Shown here: positions 1-8,924 of the stretch, piece after piece | Layout of the letters: every line of letters starts with the position of its first letter | Position numbering within the stretch: the first letter of the stretch is position 1 | Source of the DNA: an uncultured Nitrososphaerota archaeon | GTDB lineage: Archaea > Thermoproteota > Nitrososphaeria > Nitrososphaerales > Gagatemarchaeaceae | Length of the DNA stretch: 64,000 nucleotides | NCBI GenBank assembly: GCA_963838925.1 | Contig: CAWISW010000003.1 | Coordinates: 192,001 to 256,000 of the forward strand | Direction: 5' to 3' | The notes under the pieces: model-generated | What the model was told of the DNA's origin: nothing | Seen by the model: the letters and a program-made list of their open reading frames with translations, nothing else | Databases searched by the model: none | Program-made: the position numbers and the translations under genes

Positions 1-1
1 A

Positions 2-1957
2 TCTGACCTTTCTCACAAGCCGTACCAGCCAATTATTCAGAAGCCTTACAGATGGAGGGATTGGGCCGCGAATCCAGGAGGAATTACAGGAGATGCCCTT
101 ATTTCATTCGTAAATAATGATGAAACAGCACGGCCCGACGGTACAAGAGGGCCAGGCCTCTTGGCTTACCTGAGGTCTCTTCACGGATCGCAACGTCTAG
201 ACAGCCGGGACGTAGTTGCGAATGTCTTCCGCGGCGTAACAAATCGAATGCTTATCGGCTATCTTCTTCGAGACGTGATTAACAAGATCGACGAAATCAA
301 CTTCTCAAAGACGGCTGAAACACATGTCCTCAGTTCACTTTACGAGTCTATTCTGAAAGAGCTCAGGGATGCCGCGGGGGATTCAGGTGAGTTTTACACT
401 CCACGACCCATCGTAAGGCTAATGGTTGAACTTGTGGATCCTCGGCTCGGAGAAATGGTACTAGACCCAGCCGCGGGAACAGGCGGATTTCTTGTCGAGA
501 GCTATCTGCACTTGGAAAAGCAGTGCAAATCAACTAGCGACTACGAGCAACTCCAAACTTCGATTCTCGGGATAGAAGCAAAATCGCTTCCGTACTTGCT
601 ATGCCAGATGAACCTCATGCTTCATGGAATTGAATTCCCAAGCATCGACCCGCTTAATGCGCTACGCTTTCCCTTGAGTGAAATTGGAGAAAGGGACCGG
701 GTAGACGTTGTCCTCACAAATCCGCCATTCGGTGGGGAAGAGGAAAAAGGCATTCTTTCGAATTTCCCAGCCGACAAGCAAACAAGTGAAACCGCCTTAT
801 TATTCTTACAGCTAATCATGAGAAGGTTGCGTAGGACTCCTAGACCGGGACGAGCTGCTGTCATTGTTCCTAACGGAACCCTTTACGATGACGGGGTGGC
901 AGAGCTCATTCGCGCGGACCTAGCAAAAGATTTCAATTTACACATGGTTCTCAGGTTTCCAAAAGGAGTCTTTGAGCCATACACCGATATCGCAACAAAC
1001 ATCCTCTTCTTCGAAACAGGAGGACCTACCGAATACATTTGGTTCTACGAACACCCACTTCCTCCTAGACGTGCCCATCTAAAGGGCAAGAGTTACTCGG
1101 CAACCGATGGCGTTCAGTACGAAGAATTTGCGCCACTTCTGGCGTGGTGGAGTGATCGAAAAGAGAACGATCAGGCTTGGCGCATTAAAGCCAGCGAAAT
1201 AGAGGAAGACGGATTTGATCTAAATCAAAACCATCCAAAACATGCTAAGCTAAGCCTGCTTTCGCCACAATCAATAATCAAGTCCATAAGGACGAGCAAG
1301 GACATCAGTGAGGGGGTCTTAAGACAACTCGAAGCAACCTTAGGAAATCTCCCTGGTGTTTCGGCCCCCGAAGTCTCCCTCAGAGACCTCTTGACGTATA
1401 GAAAGGAATTCCTAGAGTTGAATCCCGATACAGAGTACACCCGAGCTCGAGTCCAACTTCACTTTAGAGGGGCAAAGGTTAGGGATCGTGTGTTTGGCTC
1501 TGAAATCGGTACAAAGAGGCAAGTTGTCATGCACACTAGCGATTTAGTCATGTCAAGAATCGATGCCAGAAACGGTGCTATGGCACTTGTGCCAAGTGAG
1601 CTCGACGGGGCCATAGCTACGAACGACTTTCCTGTCTTCGAGATAGAAACTGGAAAAGTAGTTCCAAGTTATCTTAGGTATTGTCTTTTCCAACCTGCTA
1701 TGCTAAGCGTCTATGAATATCTGAGCAGGGGGTCAACGAATCGTCGCCGCCTCATGATGGAGAAGTTCTTGGACCTTAAGATCCCACTTCCCACAGACTT
1801 GGATATTCAACAGGAAACTGCAGACACTTTGCGCGATGCCGAAGAGGCTATTGGGAAACTCCAAGAGCAATTAGGCGGAATCGAAGAAGATCTAGAAGAC
1901 TTGATTGCCGCGACTCTTCAATACGTGTTCAAGGGCCAGAATATCGTGACAGAATAG
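2..1957 (+). CDS. hsdM: Type I restriction-modification N6-adenine methyltransferase (HsdM) fused to one C-terminal specificity (HsdS/TRD) domain; 5' end outside window
   Basis: Frame is open from base 2 (..PYRWRDWA..ITGDALISFVN..). Motifs GEFYTPR, DPAAGTGGFL and TNPPFGG are present. The last ~200 aa look like an HsdS half (GAIATNDFPVF..RGSTNRRRL..IPLP..Q). Confidence 0.9.
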   Translation, partial: SDLSHKPYQPIIQKPYRWRDWAANPGGITGDALISFVNNDETARPDGTRGPGLLAYLRSLHGSQRLDSRDVVANVFRGVTNRMLIGYLLRDVINKIDEINFSKTAETHVLSSLYESILKELRDAAGDSGEFYTPRPIVRLMVELVDPRLGEMVLDPAAGTGGFLVESYLHLEKQCKSTSDYEQLQTSILGIEAKSLPYLLCQMNLMLHGIEFPSIDPLNALRFPLSEIGERDRVDVVLTNPPFGGEEEKGILSNFPADKQTSETALLFLQLIMRRLRRTPRPGRAAVIVPNGTLYDDGVAELIRADLAKDFNLHMVLRFPKGVFEPYTDIATNILFFETGGPTEYIWFYEHPLPPRRAHLKGKSYSATDGVQYEEFAPLLAWWSDRKENDQAWRIKASEIEEDGFDLNQNHPKHAKLSLLSPQSIIKSIRTSKDISEGVLRQLEATLGNLPGVSAPEVSLRDLLTYRKEFLELNPDTEYTRARVQLHFRGAKVRDRVFGSEIGTKRQVVMHTSDLVMSRIDARNGAMALVPSELDGAIATNDFPVFEIETGKVVPSYLRYCLFQPAMLSVYEYLSRGSTNRRRLMMEKFLDLKIPLPTDLDIQQETADTLRDAEEAIGKLQEQLGGIEEDLEDLIAATLQYVFKGQNIVTE

Positions 1958-2083
1958 TCGAACGAGTCATTCTTTTTGTCGAGATTAGCCTCGTATTTTT
2001 TCATTGTTTCTTGTTCAGAGGTCGTTCCGCTAGGTTGTGGCAAGAACCGAAGGCACAAGAACGCCGTTCTCGTTTTTGTGTTC

Positions 2084-2182
2084 GCGAGCTGCGCGACGCT
2101 TTGTCTAAAATGAAGTTGCAGGGCATTGCCATACACAGGGTTCATTGCGCCTCCGCCGGGGCATTTCACTCACACGTTGAGC
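2084..2182 (-). repeat. Copy of 23S rRNA 3' processing-stem arm/trailer (repeat copy I)
   Basis: Near-identical to 11818-11916 (..aaaatgaagttgcagggcattgccatacacagggttcattgcgcctccgccggggcatttcactcacacgttgagc). Confidence 0.95.
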
Positions 2183-2341
2183 CCGGAGCTTTTCTCTTGT
2201 GATATGACTTGCGGAGCTTTTCAGAAGGTCGATGTCTCTGGTTCCTCGATACTTGACGTATTGACTTACAGCCAATGCGCCGATGAATACGATGTCGCCG
2301 AGTTCTTTGGCGATCCTAATTGCTTCCTGTTCTGGGTTCAG
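2183..2341 (-). pseudogene. 3'-truncated AbiEii-like nucleotidyltransferase toxin fragment
   Basis: Minus frame reads LNPEQEAIRIAKELGDIVFIGALAVSQYVKYRGTRDIDLL. This is the GxxA..RxTxDID NTase signature. It overlaps the end of the upstream antitoxin and runs into repeat copy I after ~50 codons. Confidence 0.7.
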
Positions 2342-2987
2342 ACTGAATGAGCTCCTCTCTTACCTTTAGGACATCTTCAGATTTGAACGCCCCTCTGACC
2401 TTCGAATCGAGTTTGCGATGGTGAACTATCTCAATGGCGATGGCGTCGAGCATGTTTCGACCTCCGTATGCGATGCAATCAAGGTATACCCGCTGTATCT
2501 CATTCGAAAAGTGGCCGGTGCGCGGTATGATTGCCACTCTGCCGCGCGTACCTTCAGAGAATTCATGGTTTCCCAGGGTTGCGGCTGCCGTGTCGATGTC
2601 ATCCACATACATGAAGAGCTTGTGAGGTAGCTGAAAGCCCGTCAGTTCGTACGCCCGATAATCCAAGGTGACCACGCCCTCTATCAGCTGTCGAGCAAGT
2701 CTTATGTCGTTCTCGTTGTATGACAAACCGAAGTATCGCGCTTGTTTGATGGCCAGAAGCGACGGGAGCAAGTAAGACCAGAGGTGGAACGGCTGGAACA
2801 GGCTCGAATGGATTGTAAAAAACCCGTCTTTGACCTTATCGGCAAATCCGACTTCCCGAAGTTCGCCTAGAAGTCTGTAAGCTGTAGCCCGGGAGCCCAT
2901 TATTCTTTGTAAATCGTTTACTTGGTAAACTGGTTTTTCGCCCATGTTTTGGGCTATAACCATCTCAGGTCTGATCGTATCACGCAT
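2316..2987 (-). CDS. AbiEi-like (type IV TA) antitoxin: N-terminal wHTH plus C-terminal domain
   Basis: HTH SRATAYRLLGELREVGF and C-terminal QRVYLDCIAYGGR; coupled to a downstream NTase fragment. Confidence 0.65.
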   Translation of the reverse strand: MRDTIRPEMVIAQNMGEKPVYQVNDLQRIMGSRATAYRLLGELREVGFADKVKDGFFTIHSSLFQPFHLWSYLLPSLLAIKQARYFGLSYNENDIRLARQLIEGVVTLDYRAYELTGFQLPHKLFMYVDDIDTAAATLGNHEFSEGTRGRVAIIPRTGHFSNEIQRVYLDCIAYGGRNMLDAIAIEIVHHRKLDSKVRGAFKSEDVLKVREELIQSEPRTGSN

Positions 2988-3000
2988 GGTAGTTTGTAAC

Positions 3001-3029
3001 TATATAAAGACGTCTCAAAATTGAGACGT
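3001..3029 (-). promoter_or_regulatory. TATA box plus perfect 9-2-9 palindromic operator of the AbiE-like operon
   Basis: TTTATATA (minus) at 3001-3008; acgtctcaa-aa-ttgagacgt at 3010-3029. Confidence 0.6.
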
Positions 3030-3057
3030 TCGCTTGTGCCAATCAATATATCTTGAT

Positions 3058-3104
3058 CACGGATTCGTCGCGCCTCCGCTGGGGCATTTCACTCGCACGT
3101 TGAG
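3058..3104 (-). repeat. 23S trailer repeat copy H (diverged)
   Basis: cacggattcgtcgcgcctccgctggggcatttcactcgcacgttgag aligns to 11868-11915. Confidence 0.9.
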
Positions 3105-3146
3105 GCATGGGTTGCCGATTCTAGGCTTTCACGAGACGTTGAGGTC

Positions 3147-3285
3147 GACTCATCTAAAATGAGTGCTTAAGATGAGCAATTCTCTTTAGGCGAAGAGCAT
3201 CTTCCGATTGCATGCGTCCATGCAGCTCGACGACTGCCGTTCTGGACTTACCTAAGATCAGTATCTTAGGTGAGGATTCTCTTTA
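3147..3285. repeat. Two related 28-bp inverted-repeat sites (11-6-11) inside a ~41-bp degenerate direct repeat
   Basis: 3149-3176 ctcatctaaaa-tgagtg-cttaagatgag; 3247-3274 cttacctaaga-tcagta-tcttaggtgag; both followed by attctcttta. Confidence 0.7.
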
Positions 3286-3310
3286 AACCTGGGCAGGACC
3301 AGAACGAGAG

Positions 3311-3751
3311 ATGAAGGCGACGGCACCCGAGTGGGAAAGAAGGCAGGAAGCCTCCGACGCGATGGTTAGCTTCCTAGAGGGCTGGGTGGTCGCGGACGTC
3401 TGCTCCCGATTCAGGGTCGCGGTGGACGCGATCTTCTCCGAGACATTCGAGTTCCAGCTCCTGAGAGCCCTCCTCGAGAACCCAAGCCCGCAGTCCCTGC
3501 AGGTCATCGCCTCGAGGTGCGGGGTGAGCCGCACCCAGGTGCTTCCAGACGGCAGGCTTCGAAGGGCACTGGAGAGGATGGAAAGAGCAGGTCTGGTCCT
3601 AAGGACGGGAGCAGAGGAGAGGCCCCGCTACGCTCTCGACCGCTCGAACGAGAGCTGCCACCTCATCGAGAAGCTATACGAGAGGCCGCGGCAGTACGGG
3701 ACCCTCGTTTCGGCCAGTCTCGGGCAGATCCTCGGCACGCACCCTCAGTGA
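3311..3751 (+). CDS. Winged-helix DNA-binding protein
   Basis: SLQVIASRCGVSRTQV..LRRALERMERAGLV..RPRYAL; TATA-like tttaaa at 3282-3287. Confidence 0.6.
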   Translation: MKATAPEWERRQEASDAMVSFLEGWVVADVCSRFRVAVDAIFSETFEFQLLRALLENPSPQSLQVIASRCGVSRTQVLPDGRLRRALERMERAGLVLRTGAEERPRYALDRSNESCHLIEKLYERPRQYGTLVSASLGQILGTHPQ

Positions 3752-3869
3752 TTGAAAAGCAGTCGCAAAAGCGCCGTTTCTGCCACAAAAGCATCCAGTG
3801 GCGTAAAGTTGTTGTCCGCCCTAGAAACCCAGCGATGACAGAACGCGTCTGCGGAGGCTTGGACGGATA

Positions 3870-4184
3870 ATGTGCATGTCAGAGGCGGCAACTGCGCTAA
3901 ATTCGACGAGCCTGCAACCTGCCGCGTCGGGGATCCAGATTCTCTCGTACATCCAGGGAGCGGAGACCAGCGTGACTTTGACTCTGAACGCGGTGCTGGT
4001 CTCCCTGGAGAACTTTGCCATCGCGGTGGGGAAGGACGCGGTAATCTTCATGCTAATCATCGGGGTGCTCCTCCACTACTCGAGGTTGGGCACGCTGCTG
4101 GGAAAGAGGTTGATCGAGGGCGGCGTCATCATCGGCCTCTTCATCCTCTTCGTGGTCCCCTACCTCGCGGTCGCATACTGCTGA
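3870..4184 (+). CDS. Small two-TM protein, VirB2/CedA1-like pilin candidate
   Basis: Two hydrophobic helices separated by a short basic loop (SRLGTLLGKRLIEGGVII), the layout of conjugative pilins. Confidence 0.5.
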   Translation: MCMSEAATALNSTSLQPAASGIQILSYIQGAETSVTLTLNAVLVSLENFAIAVGKDAVIFMLIIGVLLHYSRLGTLLGKRLIEGGVIIGLFILFVVPYLAVAYC

Positions 4185-4228
4185 CCGGCCGACGTGGCCG
4201 CATATCACATGCTTCGGAGTAGAGGTTC

Positions 4229-6547
4229 ATGGGATGGCGGGAGACCCTGGTCGGCGGATTCATTCTCGTAATCGTTCTCCTGTCACTGGCGACGACCTTC
4301 ACGGGATACCTGGTCGCGACGCATCAGACCTGCGCTTCAACCACCGCCAGCTCTAGCAGCTCGAGCGAGGTCTTCGCTTCAAACTCCACCAGCCTCGGCA
4401 ACGCCTCGCTCGCCCCCGTCCAGCTCCCGGCCGTCGCCGACGACCTCGTGCTTTCACCCCTGGCCACCCTGTCCCTCCCGCAGGGCAACGCCACCTCCCT
4501 GTCCTATCTCACCAACGCGACCTACTGGAGCGAGGTCGACGCCTCCGAGCTCCAGGCCTACGAGCAGCTCATCCCGCAGACCGTCCTCGGGTTCCTCAAC
4601 AGCAGCCAGGAGTGGCGGGCGTGGGCGTTCCAGTACATCCCCGACCCGCCGCCGTGGCTAGCAGGCGGAGTCGTGGCAGCGGCTCAGACCCAGGTCATGG
4701 GTGTGGGCCCCGGCGCAGGAGGGAACTCGAGCGCCATAGAGGAGTCCGTCAGGGGATTCGCCGCCAGCGCGGATGGGGTCTCGCTCGCGGCCCTCGATTT
4801 CGTCTCGTTCAACGGCCTGACGGCCTACCAGACGCTCGTCACTACGAACAACTCAATCAAGGCGGCCTGCCAGACCCTCCCGGGGCAGCTGGCGCAACTC
4901 TACGACTCCTCGTTCGATAAGTCGGTGCCGCAGGCGGAAAGAGCCGACTACCTCGGCAGGGCAATCGCAGTCACAAGCGTCATGCTCCTTCTGGGCGGGG
5001 CGGAAGGCTTCGCCGACCACTTCCAGATAGGGCTTGACAACGTCGGGCTGGGAGACGCGTGGTCGACCGTCAAGCCTTACCTTGGCGACATCGGCTCGAA
5101 GGCTTCCGCAAGCGCCTCGTCGGCGACCCTCGCCATCCTCCAAGCCCTCGCGCAGAGGTTCCCTCAGGACTCGGTCTTCGTCGCCGGGTTCACGGCTGAC
5201 AGGATTGACTCGATGGTGGATGTCCTCGACAAGAAGGGCGCCTCGGGAGAATCCATCCAGAGCGACATCGGGCAAGTTGCCCAAGCTGCTAGCTCTTCGC
5301 CAGACGAAACCGGGGCTGGCGATGAGGCCGACGCCCTGAGCCTCCAGCTGGGCGGAGGAATCAAGGTGAATGTGGAGAACGATGGCACGCTCGTCCGCTA
5401 TGACAGTGGAAATGGGGATAAGGCAACACTCGATGGTCTATTCTTGCAGGAAATTCTCCCTGGGTTCGATCCGAGGGGGCCTGAGTTTGTAGCAATCCGC
5501 TGCGAAGAGGCAGGCGTGACAGTATATCGTTACTACGACGCAAAGGACCTACCTACGGGTGCGCCTTATGGCGCCGGGGAAGTCAATTGGTACCCATCTC
5601 TGCCTGCGGATGTTGCTCTGCCCGGCACGACTATCACGATATCTCTCTACATCCTGACGACTGACAACTTCCTATCCAGCATTCCTGCGACTGCGTTCGA
5701 GAACGAAGGAAGCTTGTGGGTCGCAGATTTTTCGGAGATCAAAAGCTTTGGGCTGGTGGGGGACGAGGTCCAGATGAACGTTGAGCAGGAACCAGTCGAA
5801 GGGGTTTCCAGCTTCAGCGTCTCAGGCACACCTCTATCTTTGGCCTACTCCAAAGGCGACACATCTCTCGAATTCAGCATCCCCGATGCCGTCTACCAGC
5901 CTAGGATGCTAAAGGTAACTTTCGACGGCTACGGCAAGCCGCTCCTAGCAATCGGGTCGAGTTCGAACTTCAGCCCGGTCAGTCTCATATCATCGGATGG
6001 GGTGAGATTGAAGTTCGTCTCTGACAGTGGAGGCTCTGCAATTACAGTCTCTACGATCCATCTGCAGGACCCGTCCGTCCTCTACGCACCAGCTTCCATG
6101 GCCCCGATAGACGCCTACAGTATTTCTGGAGCATCCCAGGTTTACCAAATCGATCAAGTGACCATTAACAGGGAGCTCGAGCAGTCGATCCTGAAAAGCG
6201 AGAGCAAATACGACATTGGGATCGTTGGAACGGAGGTTGCGTACACTATCGGAGAGAAGAACCTCGGTCTGACGGACATCCAAATGCCGCCCGTCTCACA
6301 AGGAGGTGCCGACCTCTACACTCAAGACGGGACGATCGTGATGCAGGCCAGGATGCTCGCGAACCCGCTGGACTTGGGCGATAATTTGCAGGTTGTTCTG
6401 AGGGGGCAGCTTCAGAGCATGGTCGACAAGCTAAACACTGACTTCCAATATCATCCTGGTGCCACCACAGGATACGCGGTCCTGTCATACGTCGACCCGA
6501 CGACCGGACTAGTGAAGGCTCTCGTTGCCGAGGTATCGAAGCCGTGA
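4229..6547 (+). CDS. Large secreted/membrane-anchored protein, polymorphic-toxin-like, with putative C-terminal PD-(D/E)XK-type domain
   Basis: N-terminal hydrophobic helix, S/T linker and helical A/G-rich middle. C-terminus is GIVGTEVAY..GGADLYTQDGTIVMQAR. Confidence 0.5.
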   Translation: MGWRETLVGGFILVIVLLSLATTFTGYLVATHQTCASTTASSSSSSEVFASNSTSLGNASLAPVQLPAVADDLVLSPLATLSLPQGNATSLSYLTNATYWSEVDASELQAYEQLIPQTVLGFLNSSQEWRAWAFQYIPDPPPWLAGGVVAAAQTQVMGVGPGAGGNSSAIEESVRGFAASADGVSLAALDFVSFNGLTAYQTLVTTNNSIKAACQTLPGQLAQLYDSSFDKSVPQAERADYLGRAIAVTSVMLLLGGAEGFADHFQIGLDNVGLGDAWSTVKPYLGDIGSKASASASSATLAILQALAQRFPQDSVFVAGFTADRIDSMVDVLDKKGASGESIQSDIGQVAQAASSSPDETGAGDEADALSLQLGGGIKVNVENDGTLVRYDSGNGDKATLDGLFLQEILPGFDPRGPEFVAIRCEEAGVTVYRYYDAKDLPTGAPYGAGEVNWYPSLPADVALPGTTITISLYILTTDNFLSSIPATAFENEGSLWVADFSEIKSFGLVGDEVQMNVEQEPVEGVSSFSVSGTPLSLAYSKGDTSLEFSIPDAVYQPRMLKVTFDGYGKPLLAIGSSSNFSPVSLISSDGVRLKFVSDSGGSAITVSTIHLQDPSVLYAPASMAPIDAYSISGASQVYQIDQVTINRELEQSILKSESKYDIGIVGTEVAYTIGEKNLGLTDIQMPPVSQGGADLYTQDGTIVMQARMLANPLDLGDNLQVVLRGQLQSMVDKLNTDFQYHPGATTGYAVLSYVDPTTGLVKALVAEVSKP

Positions 6548-6613
6548 CGACAGTCTCGAACATACTATCTCGCAGCATAGGTGCTTATCTATGGTGGCAG
6601 GGTTTGAGCCCGT

Positions 6614-7267
6614 TTGGACGTCGAAGCCGGAGTCGAATCAGAATTGATTGATGTTGAAGCTGTTTCAGGATACCTCTCGGCGTTGACAGGAGGAGAGTTC
6701 CGGCTTGCTGAGGTCCGCGACTATCCCATCGCAAAGGACAAGGTGAAGACATTCATGTATCTCGACGGCGGTGCTCGGCTTGCCGCTCAGGCCCCCTACT
6801 TGCATGTTGTCTGGATTGGCACCGACGAGTCAATCCATGTTGAGACCCAGCGCTTGGGCGATACGTCGGACATAACCGAGTGGATGTATGGGGAGAAGTC
6901 GATCTACGATAGGGTGAAGATGGACCTTACAGGTTTTGAGAAAGAGTCCGTGAGAGAGGAATACGCACGGAAGTTTCCAAAAGTCGTCAGGCGGCTCGAA
7001 ATCTATCGCAAGTATGCGACGAGGGTTTCTGAGAGGCTGGATGTGAACTTGGAACTGCTCTTTCACGGAACTACAGGCGGCCTTGCTAGCTTCCGGCTTG
7101 AGTTCAGGTTTGACGCGAAGGGATTGTCAACGCGAGCACTCTTACAGGAATTAGATCGCAATATTGAAGCACTCAAGCAGGCGTACTACGAAATAGCCGA
7201 ACGTCAGAAGGACCTTTACTTCATTTACGCACTGCCAGCCAATAGGAAAGGAACGCCCGAAGAATAG
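6614..7267 (+). CDS. Hypothetical cytoplasmic protein, candidate immunity protein
   Basis: 217-aa ORF directly after the toxin-like gene; its stop codon overlaps the start of repeat copy G. Confidence 0.55.
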   Translation: MDVEAGVESELIDVEAVSGYLSALTGGEFRLAEVRDYPIAKDKVKTFMYLDGGARLAAQAPYLHVVWIGTDESIHVETQRLGDTSDITEWMYGEKSIYDRVKMDLTGFEKESVREEYARKFPKVVRRLEIYRKYATRVSERLDVNLELLFHGTTGGLASFRLEFRFDAKGLSTRALLQELDRNIEALKQAYYEIAERQKDLYFIYALPANRKGTPEE

Positions 7268-7325
7268 GGTTCATTGCGCCTCCGCCGGGGCATTTCACTC
7301 GCGCGTTGAGCTAATGATAGTGGAC
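7266..7325 (-). repeat. 23S trailer repeat copy G
   Basis: agggttcattgcgcctccgccggggcatttcactcgcgcgttgagctaatgatagtggac aligns to 11871-11930. Confidence 0.95.
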
Positions 7326-7357
7326 TGACAATGAACGGCTCTTCACGCGGACTTCTC

Positions 7358-7771
7358 TCAATGCAAGATTTTGAGCGCGGCGTCGACGGTGATGATTTGA
7401 ATGCCTTCGAACTGCTCCAACTCGAGCTCCAACTCGAGCAGATGTCTGTCGCCCGTCACGATGAAGGCTGTCCTTCCATTGACAGCGGTGCCGAGCACGA
7501 TGTTATCGTCTGGGTCTGCGTCTACCGCGTCGACACTTCTGATAAGGTCGACGACTTCTGACCCGCGCGTGTAGATCGTGAGGAATCTGGAGATCCGGCG
7601 AGGTGTCAGCGAGAACTTTTCTCTGGCGAGGACGTCCGCGAGCTCGGCGAGCATCTCCAAGGACGCGACCGCCGAGTGGCGTCTCAGGACCAACCTGAGA
7701 AGGCGGCGCGGCTTGCCGTGGCCTATTGTCGCTGAGACCAAGACGTTCGTGTCGATGACGACACGGGTCAC
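7358..7771 (-). CDS. vapC: PIN-domain (VapC-like) toxin
   Basis: RVVIDTNVLVSA..E..DPDDNIVL..IVTGDRHLL; start/stop overlap with the antitoxin gene. Confidence 0.9.
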   Translation of the reverse strand: MTRVVIDTNVLVSATIGHGKPRRLLRLVLRRHSAVASLEMLAELADVLAREKFSLTPRRISRFLTIYTRGSEVVDLIRSVDAVDADPDDNIVLGTAVNGRTAFIVTGDRHLLELELELEQFEGIQIITVDAALKILH

Positions 7772-8049
7772 TTCGTCCCTCTCGCCCTCTTCTCCTTCCT
7801 GTATGTCTGGATCTCTTTGATTATCTCTTGCTCGCTCGCCGCTTTCTTGCTACGCGTGTCTATCTCGGCGAAAAAGTCGTCGAGCTCTTGTCCGACCGTC
7901 GGGACCTTCAGCTTGGTGACCACGAACTTGTCGCCCTTGCGGTATATCGCCAGTTTCGTCTTTGGCTTGATCGCGAGGCGCCGCCTCAGGTCCTGGGGGA
8001 TGACGAACTGTCCCTTGGTTCCCACTACCGCAATCTCTGGCTCTTCCAT
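7768..8049 (-). CDS. AbrB/MazE/SpoVT antitoxin
   Basis: MEEPEIAVVGTKGQFVIPQDLRRRLAIKPKTKL; 6-3-6 palindrome gtatga-cat-tcatac at 8063-8077 is a likely operator. Confidence 0.9.
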   Translation of the reverse strand: MEEPEIAVVGTKGQFVIPQDLRRRLAIKPKTKLAIYRKGDKFVVTKLKVPTVGQELDDFFAEIDTRSKKAASEQEIIKEIQTYRKEKRARGTK

Positions 8050-8114
8050 TTGCGCTCGCTCGGTATGACATTCATACTTCGGATGATAAATACTTTGAGA
8101 ATGACCGGGCTGAA

Positions 8115-8187
8115 AGCTCCGCTTGGGTTTGTAAAATGAAGTAGCAGGGCATTCGCCATGCACAAGGGTTCATTGCGCCTCCGCCGG
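8115..8187 (-). repeat. 23S trailer repeat copy F
   Basis: agctccgct..aaaatgaagtagcagggcattcgccatgcacaagggttcattgcgcctccgccgg. Confidence 0.95.
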
Positions 8188-8306
8188 TTTCTGGAAGCTC
8201 TTCCGCTCACAGGTCTAGGAATTGTGGGTGTTAACAGACGGGCGGGCGCGCTCTCAGACGGGACCAAGCCGACCTCTTTGAGACGTCTCTCTCCCGCGCT
8301 TGAACC

Positions 8307-8768
8307 CTAAACGCATGGACCGCAGGATGAACCTTGAGATTGGGTCTCGTTGTAGTGGCCATTAATCTCCGTGCAGGTGGTCGATACGCCGTTGGTCCCT
8401 TGAGTGATGATTGTCACATTCTGGTAGAGGGTGGAAGTACTCTGGTCAGAGAACGTCAGCGTAGTCGTTATGATGGGGGACATACTCCCCGGCTCGCTCT
8501 CCGAGACAAGATAGAGCGTCTGGGTGGAAGTGCTTACGACGCCCAAACAGATCTCGTCTGTGACGACTACCCCGGTAATGACTTCCTCGGTCACAGCTGC
8601 GCCTCCCGAACCGGTGAAAGTGCTGGTAGAGGTCAAGGTCTGAGTGACGGTGCGCGGGAAGAATACCGAACCAAGGCTCAGTCCGAGAACGAATAGAATG
8701 AGGATTCCCGCAATCGTGGCTCTGTTAGGCAATACTCGGGCTCGTTCATCGAAGCCTTCACCGTCCAT
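8307..8768 (-). CDS. Membrane-anchored Thr/Ser-rich surface protein with Cys residues
   Basis: N-terminal TM (IAGILILFVLGLSLGSVFF), T-rich stalk, C-terminal CGPC. Confidence 0.75.
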   Translation of the reverse strand: MDGEGFDERARVLPNRATIAGILILFVLGLSLGSVFFPRTVTQTLTSTSTFTGSGGAAVTEEVITGVVVTDEICLGVVSTSTQTLYLVSESEPGSMSPIITTTLTFSDQSTSTLYQNVTIITQGTNGVSTTCTEINGHYNETQSQGSSCGPCV

Positions 8769-8789
8769 TAAGGATTTGTCCGCACGCCA

Positions 8790-8871
8790 AGCTCCGCTAA
8801 GTCTTGTCTAAAATGAAAGTACGCAGGACATTCGCCATGCACAAGGGTTCATTGCGCCTCCGCCGGGGCAT
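8790..8871 (-). repeat. 23S trailer repeat copy E
   Basis: agctccgctaagtcttgtctaaaatgaaagtacgcaggacattcgccatgcacaagggttcattgcgcctccgccggggcat. Confidence 0.95.
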
Positions 8872-8924
8872 CGTCCTTGACAGGGTTTATGGGGAAGTGA
8901 CAAGGAGATTCCACGGAGGGCTCG

